Shown: positions 42,917 through 53,621, numbered from the stretch's first letter. The stretch is DNA of 64,000 nucleotides from Nitrospirota bacterium (GCA_963796285.1 CAWCKW010000013.1:416001-480000), one strand, 5' to 3'. The notes: a model not told the origin generated them from the letters alone. A program made the numbers and translations.

Positions 42917-43528
42917 ATGAGGAGAACCAGGATTTTTTTTATAGCGATTATCGCTGTTTTCATGAGTGTCGCTGCTTCCGCGCAGTCCACAATGCCTGCG
43001 CTAAAAACAATAACGGTCACGAAAGAGGAGGTCAAAAAAATGTCAGGCACAAAGGCTATCATTGAGACCAAGTTCGGGAATATCACCCTGAAATTCTTCC
43101 CCGAAGTCGCCCCCGGCCACGTGAAAAATTTCATCGATCTGGCCAAAAAAGGCTTCTATGACGGGACCACCTTCCACCGCGTCATCCCCGGCTTCATGAT
43201 CCAGGGAGGCGACCCGAACTCAAAGGATGCGAACAAGAGCAAACACGGCCAGGGAGGTCCCGGATACACCATCAAGGCCGAGTTCAACGACAAGCCGCAC
43301 AAGCGCGGCACCCTCTCCATGGCGCGGGCAGGCCATCCCGACAGCGCGGGTTCGCAGTTCTTCATCTGCGTAAAGGACTCCTCCTTCCTCGACAAGCAGT
43401 ATACCGTGTTCGGCGAGGTTGAGAGCGGCATCGAGGTGGTGGACAAGATCGTGTCCCAGCCGCGGGACGCGAATGACAACCCGAACGACCGGATCGAGAT
43501 GAAGGTGAAGATCGTAGAAGGAAAATAA
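42917..43528 (+). CDS. Cyclophilin-type peptidyl-prolyl isomerase with signal peptide
   Basis: FYDGTTFHRVIPGFMIQGGDP, LSMARAG and SAGSQFFI. Confidence 0.95.
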   Translation: MRRTRIFFIAIIAVFMSVAASAQSTMPALKTITVTKEEVKKMSGTKAIIETKFGNITLKFFPEVAPGHVKNFIDLAKKGFYDGTTFHRVIPGFMIQGGDPNSKDANKSKHGQGGPGYTIKAEFNDKPHKRGTLSMARAGHPDSAGSQFFICVKDSSFLDKQYTVFGEVESGIEVVDKIVSQPRDANDNPNDRIEMKVKIVEGK

Positions 43529-43534
43529 AGAGAT

Positions 43535-43608
43535 AGGGACAAGGGTCATGGGGCAAGGGTCAAAAAGTTTTTGACGTTCCCTGACTCATGACCCTTGCCC
43601 CCTGACCC
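43535..43608. repeat. Heptamer-repeat hairpin (gggNcaa / tgaccc type)
   Basis: caagggtcatg pairs with catgacccttg. Confidence 0.7.
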
Positions 43609-43627
43609 GCATTTAGGAGCTTATTCT

Positions 43628-44833
43628 TTGAAGCAGGACATAAAAAAAATCGTCGTCGCCTATTCCGGCGGGCTCGACACATCGGTCATCATCACCTGGC
43701 TCCGGGAGACCTACGGCTGCGAGGTGATCGCATTTACCGCCGACATCGGCCAGGGCGAGGAGCTCGAACCGCTTCGCGAGAAGGCGATCAAGACCGGTGC
43801 GAGCAAGATCTACATCGACGATCTGCGCGAGGAGTTTGTCAGGGATTTCGTGTTCCCCCTGCTGCGCGCGAATGCGGTCTATGAGGGCCGCTATCTCCTC
43901 GGCACGTCCATTGCGCGGCCTCTCATTGCCAAGCGCCAGATCGAGATCGCCGGGATGGAAGGGGCGGACGCCGTCTGCCACGGGGCGACCGGCAAGGGCA
44001 ATGACCAGGTCAGGTTCGAGCTCACCTATTTCGCGCTCAAGCCTGAGGTGAAGATCGTCGCTCCCTGGCGCGAGTGGACCATGAAGGGCCGGGAGGAGTT
44101 GATCTCCTATGCGGAAAAACACAGGATCCCGGTGACGGCGACCAAGTCCAAACCCTATTCCACGGACCGGAACCTGCTGCATATCAGCTATGAAGGCGGC
44201 ATTCTCGAGGACCCCTGGAAAGAATCGACCGGCGACATGTACACCATGGCCGTGCCGGTGGAAAAGGCGCCGGACAAGCCCGAGTATGTCGAGGTGGCGT
44301 ATGAGGCGGGAAACCCGGTGTCCATCAACAACAGGAAGCTGTCGCCTGCCGCGCTCCTTGCCGAGGCGAACCGGATCGCGGGCAGCCACGGCATCGGCAG
44401 GATCGATCTCGTCGAGAACCGCTACGTGGGCATGAAGTCCCGGGGCGTGTACGAGACCCCGGGCGGTACGCTGCTGCATGCCGCGCACCGGGCCGTAGAG
44501 TCCATCACCATGGACCGCGAGGTCATGCATCTGCGGGACGGCCTGGTCCCCCGGTACGCGGAGCTGGTATACTATGGATACTGGTTCGCGCCCGAACGCT
44601 CCATGCTCCAGGCCGCGATCGACGAATCGCAAAAGAACGTGACCGGCACTGCGCGGATCAAGCTCTATAAAGGGAACTGCGATACCGTGGGCAGAAAGTC
44701 CCCGGTATCGCTCTATAACCCCGAGCTCGCGACCTTCGAGGCGGACCGGGTCTATAACCAGAAGGATGCCGAAGGATTCATCCGGTTGAACGCGCTGAGA
44801 CTGCGCGTAGGAACAACAGTAAGCTCCAAATAA
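43628..44833 (+). CDS. argG: Argininosuccinate synthase
   Basis: [23 protein letters not shown] and [12 protein letters not shown]; TTG start after AGGAG. Confidence 0.97.
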   Translation: MKQDIKKIVVAYSGGLDTSVIITWLRETYGCEVIAFTADIGQGEELEPLREKAIKTGASKIYIDDLREEFVRDFVFPLLRANAVYEGRYLLGTSIARPLIAKRQIEIAGMEGADAVCHGATGKGNDQVRFELTYFALKPEVKIVAPWREWTMKGREELISYAEKHRIPVTATKSKPYSTDRNLLHISYEGGILEDPWKESTGDMYTMAVPVEKAPDKPEYVEVAYEAGNPVSINNRKLSPAALLAEANRIAGSHGIGRIDLVENRYVGMKSRGVYETPGGTLLHAAHRAVESITMDREVMHLRDGLVPRYAELVYYGYWFAPERSMLQAAIDESQKNVTGTARIKLYKGNCDTVGRKSPVSLYNPELATFEADRVYNQKDAEGFIRLNALRLRVGTTVSSK

Positions 44834-44934
44834 CAAATTTCAAATCTCAAATAAATTTCAATAACCAAATTCGAAACGTTTAATAATTGGTGCTCGGAGC
44901 TTATTTGAGATTTGGTGCTTGAATTTTGGAATTT
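44822..44934. repeat. Heptamer-repeat hairpin (caaat.. / ..ttgag type)
   Basis: caaatctcaaataa pairs with ttatttgagatttg. Confidence 0.75.
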
Positions 44935-44945
44935 GCTAAACAGAT

Positions 44946-46376
44946 ATGGCCATGAAAACAAAAATAACAAAAAAATCAAAGTCGCCAAAGAAAGCACCGA
45001 AGAAGACAAAGCCCTGGGGCGGCCGATTCACCGAAGCCACGAACGAGCTCGTGGAGGAGTTCACGGCCTCGGTGCCCTACGACTGGCGCCTCTATCCCTA
45101 CGACATCGCCGGCAGTATCGCCCATGCGACCATGCTCGCCAGGACCGGCATCATCACGAAGAATGATTCTCGCAGGATCATCAAGGGACTCCAGGAGATA
45201 CTGAGGGAGATCGCCTCGGGCGCCTTCGAGTTCAGTATTGAGCTCGAAGACATCCATATGAACATCGAGGACCGGCTGATCCGGAAAATCGGCCCGGTGG
45301 GCGGCAAGCTCCATACGGCGCGGAGCAGAAACGATCAGGTCGCGCTCGACATCCGCATGTATCTGCGCGATGAGATCACCGGGATCCATGAGCTCCTTGG
45401 CTCGCTGCAGAAGGTCATCGTGCAACTCGCGGAGCAGCACAGCGATACGGTCATGCCGGGGTATACCCATCTCCAGCGGGCCCAGCCCGTGCTCTTCGGC
45501 CACCACCTGCTGGCGTACTACGAGATGTTCGACCGCGACCGCGGCCGGCTCGAGGACTGTTTCCGGCGCGTGAACGTCATGCCCCTCGGCGCGGGGGCGC
45601 TGGCGGGGACCGTGCTGCCCATCGACAGAACGTTCATCGCAAAACTGCTGGCCTTCGAAACGGTGTGCGAGAACAGCATCGACGCGGTCTCGGACCGGGA
45701 CTTCTCCATCGAGTTCACGGCGGCCTGCGCCCAGATCATGATGCACCTCTCACGCTTCGCCGAGGAACTCGTCATCTGGTCGTCGTCTGAGTTCGGCTTC
45801 ATCACAATCGGCGATGCGTTCACTACCGGCTCGTCGATCATGCCGCAGAAGAAGAACCCCGACGTGGCCGAACTCACGCGCGGCAAGACCGGCAGGGTCT
45901 ACGGAGACCTGACCGCCCTCCTTACGATCATGAAAGGCCTGCCGCTCGCCTATAACCGCGATATGCAGGAGGACAAGGAGCCGGTCTTCGACGCCTCGGA
46001 CACGGTCATGCTCACCCTCTCAGTGTTCATCGACATGCTTAAAAGCCTCATGGTGCATAAGGATGCGATGCGCAGAGCGGCCGAGGACGGCTTCATCACG
46101 GCCACCGACCTGGCGGACTACCTGGTACGGAAGGGCATGCCTTTCCGCCGGGCGCACGAGATTGTCGGCAGGGCCGTCCTGCTCGCCACCAAGCAAGGTT
46201 GCGGTCTCGGGACCTTGCCGCTCGGCGAGTACCGGAAACTATCTTCACTGATCCGCAAGGACGTGTACGACGCGCTCTCCCTTGAAGCTTCGGTCAACAG
46301 GCGCACCTCGTATGGAGGAACGGCACCGTCGAACCTGAAAAAGCGTCTCCAGGCGCTCAAGAAAAAGATGCAATGA
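44946..46376 (+). CDS. argH: Argininosuccinate lyase
   Basis: [26 protein letters not shown] and [11 protein letters not shown]. Confidence 0.97.
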   Translation: MAMKTKITKKSKSPKKAPKKTKPWGGRFTEATNELVEEFTASVPYDWRLYPYDIAGSIAHATMLARTGIITKNDSRRIIKGLQEILREIASGAFEFSIELEDIHMNIEDRLIRKIGPVGGKLHTARSRNDQVALDIRMYLRDEITGIHELLGSLQKVIVQLAEQHSDTVMPGYTHLQRAQPVLFGHHLLAYYEMFDRDRGRLEDCFRRVNVMPLGAGALAGTVLPIDRTFIAKLLAFETVCENSIDAVSDRDFSIEFTAACAQIMMHLSRFAEELVIWSSSEFGFITIGDAFTTGSSIMPQKKNPDVAELTRGKTGRVYGDLTALLTIMKGLPLAYNRDMQEDKEPVFDASDTVMLTLSVFIDMLKSLMVHKDAMRRAAEDGFITATDLADYLVRKGMPFRRAHEIVGRAVLLATKQGCGLGTLPLGEYRKLSSLIRKDVYDALSLEASVNRRTSYGGTAPSNLKKRLQALKKKMQ

Positions 46377-47443
46377 ATAACCGTGTACCATGGTTCTTTG
46401 CGGCCTGTCTTCTCCTGGTTCTGACGACCGCTGTTGCCTGCGGCAGAAAAACGCTGCCCCTGGTCCCCGACAGTCCCAGGCCTGAGGTGATACAAGGGAT
46501 CAAGGTCATGACCCGGGACACTGACGCGTTCCTTTCCTGGCCGATACCGGCCAAGAATGTTGAAGGCAGGGACATCCCCTCAACTGATATCCAGCAATTC
46601 CGCATCTACCGCGCTGAAATCGGACGGGACGGAAAAAAAGGCCGGTACAAGCTTTACGCTGAGATCAACATGGCGGACCCGTCGCCTGCGGAGGTCCGGA
46701 ACAACCGGATCTTCTGGAGCGACCGGAATTTGAAATACGGGCAGGTGTACAGCTACCGGGTCCGGGCAGTGAGCGTCCGGGGAGGAGTAAGCCCGGTGTC
46801 TGACGACGTGCGGGCCGCGCCGCTGTTATCGCTTGCGGTTCCCCAGGGGCTCGCGGCAAAGGCCAACGACAGCTCCATCCAGCTTTCCTGGTCTCCCGTG
46901 ACGACACGCATGGACGGCAGCCGGTACGAAGGCTTTGTTGGATACAACCTGTACCGCGGATCTGAGAAAAACCGCTCTGACGAACTGCCGCTGAACAAGG
47001 AGCCGCTCAGGACGAATTCGTTCAAAGACATCACGGTGTCGAACAATACGACATATTACTATATGGTCCGTGCCGTGGACAGCCCGGCGTTGCCCTGGAG
47101 GGAAAGCCCAGATTCAGAAGAGGTGTCGGCCACGCCCCGGGACACGACACCGCCGGCCAGGCCCAAGGGGCTCGCGGTCGTGCCGGGCGTTGGCAGGGCA
47201 TTCCTCACCTGGAACGAGAACAAGGAGCGGGACCTTGCCGGATACAACGTGTACCGCTCGACCAGACACGGCAGGAACTATCATAAGCTTACGAACAAGG
47301 CCATCACCCTTACGACGTTCTCGGACGAAACGGCGAAGCAGGATGTCGTGTATTATTATATGGTCACCGCCGTGGACAAGGCTGGAAATGAAAGCGCCGG
47401 ATCGGTGGAAAAGAAAGCCTTGATCGAGAAGTTGCAGCAATAG
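46373..47443 (+). CDS. Lipoprotein with about three fibronectin type III repeats
   Basis: Lipobox AVAC then GRKTLPLVP; repeated [18 protein letters not shown] units. Confidence 0.85.
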   Translation: MNNRVPWFFAACLLLVLTTAVACGRKTLPLVPDSPRPEVIQGIKVMTRDTDAFLSWPIPAKNVEGRDIPSTDIQQFRIYRAEIGRDGKKGRYKLYAEINMADPSPAEVRNNRIFWSDRNLKYGQVYSYRVRAVSVRGGVSPVSDDVRAAPLLSLAVPQGLAAKANDSSIQLSWSPVTTRMDGSRYEGFVGYNLYRGSEKNRSDELPLNKEPLRTNSFKDITVSNNTTYYYMVRAVDSPALPWRESPDSEEVSATPRDTTPPARPKGLAVVPGVGRAFLTWNENKERDLAGYNVYRSTRHGRNYHKLTNKAITLTTFSDETAKQDVVYYYMVTAVDKAGNESAGSVEKKALIEKLQQ

Positions 47444-47519
47444 GTCGCAGGCCGAATGGTTCGTCTCCTTAAAGAATTTAAAAGAAAACGGCAACATGGT
47501 TGCCCTGGTCCAATAATCC

Positions 47520-48779
47520 ATGCATGATTTTCACTACAAGAACGGCGAGCTGTACTGTGAAGGAGTCCCGGTAAGGACCGTGGCCCAGCGGGTCGGCACG
47601 CCTTTCTACCTGTACAGCAGCAACACGCTTGCGAACCATTTCAGGGCCTTCGACAGCGCCTTTGCCGGCGTGCCGCACCTTATCTGCTTCGCGCTTAAGT
47701 CCAATTCGAACGGCGCCGTGCTGCGCCTGCTCGGCAGGGAAGGCGCCGGGGCGGACATCGTCTCCGGCGGCGAGCTGTTCCGCGCGCTCCGCGCCGGCAT
47801 CGACCCGAATAAGATCGTCTATGCCGGGGTCGGCAAGCGCAGGGATGAGATCGAGTACGCCCTGAAAATCGGCGTCCTCATGTTCAACGTCGAATCCGGG
47901 GAGGAGTTGCTCGCCCTTGACCAGGCCGCGAAGGAGATGCACGTGGTCGCCAGGATCGCCCTCCGGGTGAACCCGAATATCGACCCCAAAACCCACGCTT
48001 ACATCTCCACCGGGCTCAAGGAGAACAAGTTCGGCATACCCATCGAGCGGGCACTCGAATTTTACCAGATCGCGAAAAGCTTGAAAAACGTGGAAGTGGT
48101 CGGCGTGCACCAGCACATCGGCTCGCAGATCACCGAGGTCCAGCCCTTTGTGGACGCCCTTGAGAAGCTCGTCGGATTCGTTAATGAGCTCAAGTCCGCC
48201 GGCATCGATATTCAATACGTCAATATCGGAGGCGGTCTGGGCATTACCTACAAGGATGAAACGCCCCCTTTGCCGAAGGACGTGGCGCAGGCTGTCCGGC
48301 CCCTGCTTGAGAACAGCGGGTGCACCATCGTGATGGAGCCTGGACGGGCGATCATCGGCAATGCGGGCATCCTCGTAACAAGCGTTCTCTATCACAAGAA
48401 GAGCGGCGAAAAACGCTTCCTCATCGTGGACGCGGGTATGAACGACCTGATCCGGCCGAGCCTCTACGAGGCCTATCACGATATCCGTCCGGTGGTGGAG
48501 TCCGGTGCGGTGGAGGCTGTGTTCGATGTGGTCGGACCGATCTGCGAATCCGGTGATTTCCTTGCCAAGGACCGGAAGATGCCCGAGTTAAAACAGGGCG
48601 CTCTCCTCGCGGTCATGAGCGCGGGGGCCTACGGGTTTTCCATGTCCTCGAACTACAACTCCCGGCCTCGCGCGGCCGAAGTGATCGTCAAGGGAAATGA
48701 TTATTACATCGTTCGGGAACGCGAGACCTACGAAGACCTTGTCAGGGGCGAGAAGGTCCCGCGGCAGCTGGAGGGATGA
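47520..48779 (+). CDS. lysA: Diaminopimelate decarboxylase
   Basis: FALKSN, RVNP, HIGSQ, GGGLG, EPGR, GPICESGD and AGAYGFSMSSNYN. Confidence 0.97.
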   Translation: MHDFHYKNGELYCEGVPVRTVAQRVGTPFYLYSSNTLANHFRAFDSAFAGVPHLICFALKSNSNGAVLRLLGREGAGADIVSGGELFRALRAGIDPNKIVYAGVGKRRDEIEYALKIGVLMFNVESGEELLALDQAAKEMHVVARIALRVNPNIDPKTHAYISTGLKENKFGIPIERALEFYQIAKSLKNVEVVGVHQHIGSQITEVQPFVDALEKLVGFVNELKSAGIDIQYVNIGGGLGITYKDETPPLPKDVAQAVRPLLENSGCTIVMEPGRAIIGNAGILVTSVLYHKKSGEKRFLIVDAGMNDLIRPSLYEAYHDIRPVVESGAVEAVFDVVGPICESGDFLAKDRKMPELKQGALLAVMSAGAYGFSMSSNYNSRPRAAEVIVKGNDYYIVRERETYEDLVRGEKVPRQLEG

Positions 48780-48786
48780 GAGGATC

Positions 48787-48869
48787 CACCACGAAGTCAC
48801 CAAGAGACGAAGGGAATCATGGTGATCCCTTATTCGTGAAATGTCTTTGTGTCTTCAGGTCTTGGTGGT
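48787..48869. repeat. Tandem-repeat hairpin (caccacgaag / cttggtggt type)
   Basis: Imperfect inverted arms between lysA and dapF. Confidence 0.65.
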
Positions 48870-48883
48870 AAACAGGTTTCATT

Positions 48884-49696
48884 ATGAAAAAAATACCTTT
48901 TTATAAGTTGCAGGGAACGGGGAACGATTTCATCCTGATCGACAACCGGAGGGCTGTCCTGAAGGGGATGAACCTGAAGGGCCTGGCGGTGCGCGTCTGC
49001 GACCGGCACTACTCTGTCGGCGCCGACGGCCTGATCGTGATCGTGCCGTCGAAGAAGGCGGACTTTAAATGGCGGTTCTTCAACGCCGACGGGAGCGAAG
49101 CCGAGATGTGCGGGAACGGTTCGCGGTGCGCGGCACGGTTTGCGCACCTGAAAAAGATCGCGAAGAAGGACATGGCCTTCGAGACGCTCGCCGGGACCAT
49201 CCATGCGCAGGTGAAGAAGGACACGGTCAGGGTACAGCTCGCCGCTGCCGCCGGCCTGCGCATGAATATCTCCGTCCCGCTCGAAAGCGGACTGCGTATG
49301 GGCCACTTCATCAACACCGGAGTGCCGCACCTCGTCTATCTCTCCAAGGACCTGGACAACGAGGACGTTGACCGGATCGGAAGGACCACGCGGTATCACG
49401 AACTTTTCAAGCCCGCCGGCACAAATGTGGATTTCATCGAGATCCAGGGCAGGCACAAGCTCAGGATCAGGACCTTCGAACGCGGCGTAGAAGGCGAGAC
49501 CCTGGCCTGCGGCACCGGTTCGGTCGCAGCGGCGCTCATCGCCGGTTCGCTCGGCGCGGCCTCATCGCCGGTCGAGGTCTTGACCAGGGGCGGGGAAAAA
49601 CTGATCATCTCGTTCGAGCGCTCGGGGATAGAGTTCAACACCATTCACCTCGAGGGTAACGCAGAGGTGATCTGCGAGGGGAATCTGTATCTGTGA
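48884..49696 (+). CDS. dapF: Diaminopimelate epimerase
   Basis: GTGNDF, NADGSEAEMCGNG, TGVPH and ERGVEGETLACGTG. Confidence 0.97.
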   Translation: MKKIPFYKLQGTGNDFILIDNRRAVLKGMNLKGLAVRVCDRHYSVGADGLIVIVPSKKADFKWRFFNADGSEAEMCGNGSRCAARFAHLKKIAKKDMAFETLAGTIHAQVKKDTVRVQLAAAAGLRMNISVPLESGLRMGHFINTGVPHLVYLSKDLDNEDVDRIGRTTRYHELFKPAGTNVDFIEIQGRHKLRIRTFERGVEGETLACGTGSVAAALIAGSLGAASSPVEVLTRGGEKLIISFERSGIEFNTIHLEGNAEVICEGNLYL

Positions 49697-49711
49697 TGAA
49701 ATAACAAAAGC

Positions 49712-49921
49712 AATCACAGAGAGCACAGAGAAGTACTCCTGTTCTCAAATTACTCAACATAAGGCCATTCTTGATGATATAAAGAATGAGGAAGATGAAA
49801 TAATTGCGGTTATAAGAGCGAACTGAGGGGGAGGCTGGTAAAAAGCCAGGCCAATTTGAGATCTACAGATTTCTCCGTGTGCTCTGCCTGCACCCGCGTT
49901 TCGCAAGAGCAGGGTGTGGTT
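49712..49921. repeat. cacagag-repeat hairpin element with a micro-insert
   Basis: aatcacagagagcacagag ... ctccgtgtgctctg[insert 49887-49916]tggtt. Confidence 0.7.
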
Positions 49922-49960
49922 CATTTTTGACATTGCGTGTTGCAGAAGAAGGAGGCTGTC

Positions 49961-50833
49961 ATGTTTAAAGGCTCAATGGTTGCGATTGTAACGCCGTTCA
50001 GGAACGGGAAGGTGGACGAGAAGGCGCTTGGCGATCTGATCGAGTTCCATATTAAAAGCGGCACGGACGTGATCGTCCCCTGCGGCACCACGGGCGAGTC
50101 CGCCACCCTCTCCCATGAGGAGCACCACCACGTGGTCGAGTTCACCGTGCAGACGGTGAACAAGCGTGTGCCGGTGGTCGCGGGCGCGGGATCGAACTCG
50201 ACCTCTGAAACGCTGGAGCTCACGAAGTACGCTCAGAAAGCGGGCGCAAACGGCGTGCTGCTCATCACTCCCTATTACAACAAGCCGACGCAGGAAGGGC
50301 TTTACCAGCATTTCAAGAAGGTGACCGACTCGGTCGACATCCCCGTTATCCTGTACAACGTTCCAGGCAGGACCAGCGTGAACATGCTGCCAGCCACCGT
50401 GGCGCGCCTCAGGGAGATCAAAAACATCGTCGGCATCAAGGAAGCGACCGGCGACCTGAAGCAGGTCAGCGAGCTCATCCGTCTCTGCGGCAGGGACTTT
50501 GACGTTATTTCGGGCGACGACTTCACCACGCTCCCGCTCCTCGCCATCGGCGGGGTGGGCGCCATCTCGGTGACCGCGAATATCGTCCCGGCCGATGCCG
50601 CGGGAATGTTCGACGCGTTCTTCGCAGGAAAGATGGAGGAGGCGCTCAAGCTCCACTACAAGATGGAACCGCTCCACAGCTTCATGTTCATCGAGACGAA
50701 CCCGATCCCGGTGAAGACCGCGCTCGCGCTCATGGGCAGGATCAACGAGGAGTTCCGCCTGCCTCTTTGCGCAATGAGCGACGCGAACAAGGACAAACTC
50801 AAGAAAGCGCTGAAGGATTACGGATTGATGTAG
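49961..50833 (+). CDS. dapA: 4-hydroxy-tetrahydrodipicolinate synthase
   Basis: GTTGES, PYYNKP, YNVPGRT, GIKEA and ETNPIPVK. Confidence 0.97.
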   Translation: MFKGSMVAIVTPFRNGKVDEKALGDLIEFHIKSGTDVIVPCGTTGESATLSHEEHHHVVEFTVQTVNKRVPVVAGAGSNSTSETLELTKYAQKAGANGVLLITPYYNKPTQEGLYQHFKKVTDSVDIPVILYNVPGRTSVNMLPATVARLREIKNIVGIKEATGDLKQVSELIRLCGRDFDVISGDDFTTLPLLAIGGVGAISVTANIVPADAAGMFDAFFAGKMEEALKLHYKMEPLHSFMFIETNPIPVKTALALMGRINEEFRLPLCAMSDANKDKLKKALKDYGLM

Positions 50834-50842
50834 ATCAATCCT

Positions 50843-50958
50843 TTCACCGCAGAGAACGCAGAGCGCGCAGAGAAAAAAAGGGTAACTCTTTTCGTTTTTC
50901 TCCGTGTCTCCGTTTATGGCCGCGTTTTGGCAACAGCAGGCTACGCCTCCGCGGTAAA
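50843..50958. repeat. cgcagag-repeat hairpin element with a 31-nt micro-insert
   Basis: accgcagagaacgcagag ... ctccg[insert 50913-50943]cgcctccgcggt. Confidence 0.8.
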
Positions 50959-50975
50959 TTTCAAGAGGTGAAACC

Positions 50976-51785
50976 ATGATTAAGGCAGTCGTCACCGGCG
51001 CGGCCGGCAGAATGGGCTCGCGAATCATCAATGTGCTGTCAACTTCCGAAGATATCCGTCTTTCAGGGGCCGTCGAGCGTAAAGGTCATCCGCTCGTGGG
51101 CCAGGATTCATGCGGCCCGGCCGGGCTTCCCGCAGGCGGGGTCCTGACCGTGATCACCGACGATCTCGCCGCGGCGCTCAAGGCCGGCGATGCGCTCATT
51201 GACTTCACCTTTCCGGAAGCAAGTCTTGGGCATATCAAGGCTTGCGCGGAATTGGGCAAACCCGCCGTCATAGGTTCCACCGGGTTTTCAAAAGAGCAGC
51301 TCGGGGAGATCAAGAACTACGTTCAGAAAATCCCCTGCGTTCTTTCGCCGAATATGAGCGTTGGCGTGAATGTCTGTTTCAAGGCCCTTGCCGATCTCGC
51401 GAAAACGCTGGGGAGCGATTTCGACGTTGAGATCGTCGAAGCGCACCACCGATTAAAGAAGGACGCTCCCTCCGGCACCGCCGTTCGCATGGGAGAAGTG
51501 GTGGCCGCCGCCCTCGGCCGCGACTATCGCCAGGTGGCCAGGTGCCACCGTGAGGGGATCACGGGAGAACGGACAAAAGAGGAAATCGGCATGCAGACCA
51601 TACGCGGCGGCGATATTGTTGGAGAGCACACGGTCTACTTCATCGGCATGGGAGAGCGGATCGAGCTCACCCATCGTGCGCACACGCGCGACATGTTCGC
51701 GCGCGGGGCCGTGCGCGCGGCGAAATGGGTCGTCGGCAAAAAGCCGGGACTCTACGATATGCAGGATGTGCTGGGGCTGAAATAA
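50976..51785 (+). CDS. dapB: 4-hydroxy-tetrahydrodipicolinate reductase
   Basis: GAAGRMG, IDFT and EAHHRLKKDAPSGTA. Confidence 0.97.
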   Translation: MIKAVVTGAAGRMGSRIINVLSTSEDIRLSGAVERKGHPLVGQDSCGPAGLPAGGVLTVITDDLAAALKAGDALIDFTFPEASLGHIKACAELGKPAVIGSTGFSKEQLGEIKNYVQKIPCVLSPNMSVGVNVCFKALADLAKTLGSDFDVEIVEAHHRLKKDAPSGTAVRMGEVVAAALGRDYRQVARCHREGITGERTKEEIGMQTIRGGDIVGEHTVYFIGMGERIELTHRAHTRDMFARGAVRAAKWVVGKKPGLYDMQDVLGLK

Positions 51786-51839
51786 CCGTCTCAGAAGTCT
51801 GTTGAAACCAACGATTATTCATTATAAAAGGAGAATTAC

Positions 51840-52610
51840 ATGAAAAAGAGCATTGTAGTGATGGTCGCTTGTCTTCTGATCTCTGTACCGTTGAGCGCTC
51901 ATGCCTTTCCGACCAAGAAGGGCGACAAGGCCTGTACAGAATGCCACAAGCTGAGCAAGCAGGAAGCGGAAACGATCGTGAAAAAGATCGCGCCGAACGG
52001 AACGGTCACCGATATCAAGGTGGCGCCGCTCAAAAGCATGTGGCAGATCCAAGTGGACGCGGGCGAAGGAAAACACGGCACGCTCTATCTCGACTTTTCA
52101 AAACAATATGTCGTCTTTGGACAGATCGCTCCGGTCGAGTCCCTTGGCAAGCAGCCGCCAGCTCGCAAAGTCGATGTATCCAAGATTCCGCTCGTTGACG
52201 CGATCGTTCTGGGTTCGGCAACGGCCACGAAGAAGGTTATCGTGTTCACCGACCCGGATTGCCCCTATTGCCGTCAGCTCCATGAGATCATGAAGCAGGT
52301 GGTGGCAAAGCACACCGATGTTTCCTTTGCCCTGATCATGAACCCGCTGCCCATGCATAAGGATTCTCCGAAAAAGGCGCAGACGATCCTCTGCACCAAG
52401 TCCGTCGCCATCCTCGATGACGCCTTCAGCGGCAAACCAGTGCCTGAACCGGCGGCAACCTGCACCGCCGCCGCGGTGGAGAGAAGCACGGCCCTTGCCC
52501 GATCGCTCGAATTCAACGGCACCCCGACCCTTGTCCGCGATGACGGCATGGTGCTTTCCGGTTTTCTGCCGGAAGAACAGCTTCTAAAGTGGATCGATAA
52601 AAAGCAGTAA
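51840..52610 (+). CDS. dsbC: DsbC-family disulfide isomerase with an N-terminal CxxCH
   Basis: Signal peptide, CTECH, FTDPDCPYC and GTPT. Confidence 0.85.
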   Translation: MKKSIVVMVACLLISVPLSAHAFPTKKGDKACTECHKLSKQEAETIVKKIAPNGTVTDIKVAPLKSMWQIQVDAGEGKHGTLYLDFSKQYVVFGQIAPVESLGKQPPARKVDVSKIPLVDAIVLGSATATKKVIVFTDPDCPYCRQLHEIMKQVVAKHTDVSFALIMNPLPMHKDSPKKAQTILCTKSVAILDDAFSGKPVPEPAATCTAAAVERSTALARSLEFNGTPTLVRDDGMVLSGFLPEEQLLKWIDKKQ

Positions 52611-52624
52611 GAGCGGGGCGCTGG

Positions 52625-53383
52625 ATGAAGCTCGTGCGATATCAGGTTCACAGCAGGACGGCGTATGGCATTCTGAACAATGACCGTGTTGCGGAGCTTG
52701 ACGGAAGCTATCTTAGCGGCCTTGCAACGCCCGCGGCCGACTATGCGCTTTCCGGGGTGAAATTGCTTGCCCCGTGCAATCCCTCGAAGATAGTCGCTGT
52801 GGGGCTCAACTACCGTGACCATGCAAACGAGCTTCGCATGGCAACGTCTGAGACCCCCATCGTCTTTCTGAAGCCACCCACGACCATCGTCGGCCCCGGC
52901 GAAGCGATCGTTTATCCCGGGATGAGCTCACAGGTGGACTACGAGGCGGAACTCGGCGTGGTGATCAAGGACCGGGTGAGGAACGTCAGTCCTGATGAGG
53001 CGCTCGGCCATGTTCTCGGATACACATGCGCGAATGATGTGACGGCGCGCGATCTCCAGACAAAGGACGGACAGTGGACTCGCGCTAAGTCCTTTGACAC
53101 CTTCTGTCCTGTGGGGCCGTGGATCGAGACCGACCTCAACCCCGACGATCTCCTCATCGAATCCTATCTCAACGGAGAGCGGCGGCAGTCGTCGCGAACA
53201 AAGCAGTTTATTTTCAAGGTGAACGCTCTCGTAAGCTTCATCTCGAAGATCATGACGCTTGAACCCGGGGACCTCATCATAACCGGCACCCCGGAGGGTG
53301 TAGGGCCGATGAAGCCCGGCGACGAGATCGAAGTGAGGATCGAAGGGATCGGGAGTTTGAAGAATACCGTCATTGCAAATTGA
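52625..53383 (+). CDS. Fumarylacetoacetate hydrolase family protein
   Basis: GLNYRDHA, DYEAELG, NDVTARD, KSFDTF and TGTPEG. Confidence 0.92.
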   Translation: MKLVRYQVHSRTAYGILNNDRVAELDGSYLSGLATPAADYALSGVKLLAPCNPSKIVAVGLNYRDHANELRMATSETPIVFLKPPTTIVGPGEAIVYPGMSSQVDYEAELGVVIKDRVRNVSPDEALGHVLGYTCANDVTARDLQTKDGQWTRAKSFDTFCPVGPWIETDLNPDDLLIESYLNGERRQSSRTKQFIFKVNALVSFISKIMTLEPGDLIITGTPEGVGPMKPGDEIEVRIEGIGSLKNTVIAN

Positions 53384-53399
53384 TTAATAAATAAAAATC

Positions 53400-53581
53400 A
53401 AAGGCATTTTCGCGCAATGGCCAAGAAGAGGGCCACACTGAGGCGCAAAGACGCAAAGAAAGCGATGAAACTATAATCTGTTATTCTTGTAGTTCTTTGC
53501 GAGCTTAGTTTATGCCCGCGTTATGGCAACAGCAGGGTACGTCTTTGCGCGAGACGCCTTGCCTTTGACCTGAATAATTAC
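53400..53581. repeat. cgcaaag hairpin/MITE copy carrying two different micro-inserts
   Basis: Right end gacgcctt..tttgacctgaataattac, as in the 34406 and 61187 copies; inserts at ~53415-53439 and 53509-53539. Confidence 0.75.
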
Positions 53582-53621
53582 GGATTTGCCTTTTCATATT
53601 GTTTCATCGGGAGGATCGCCT

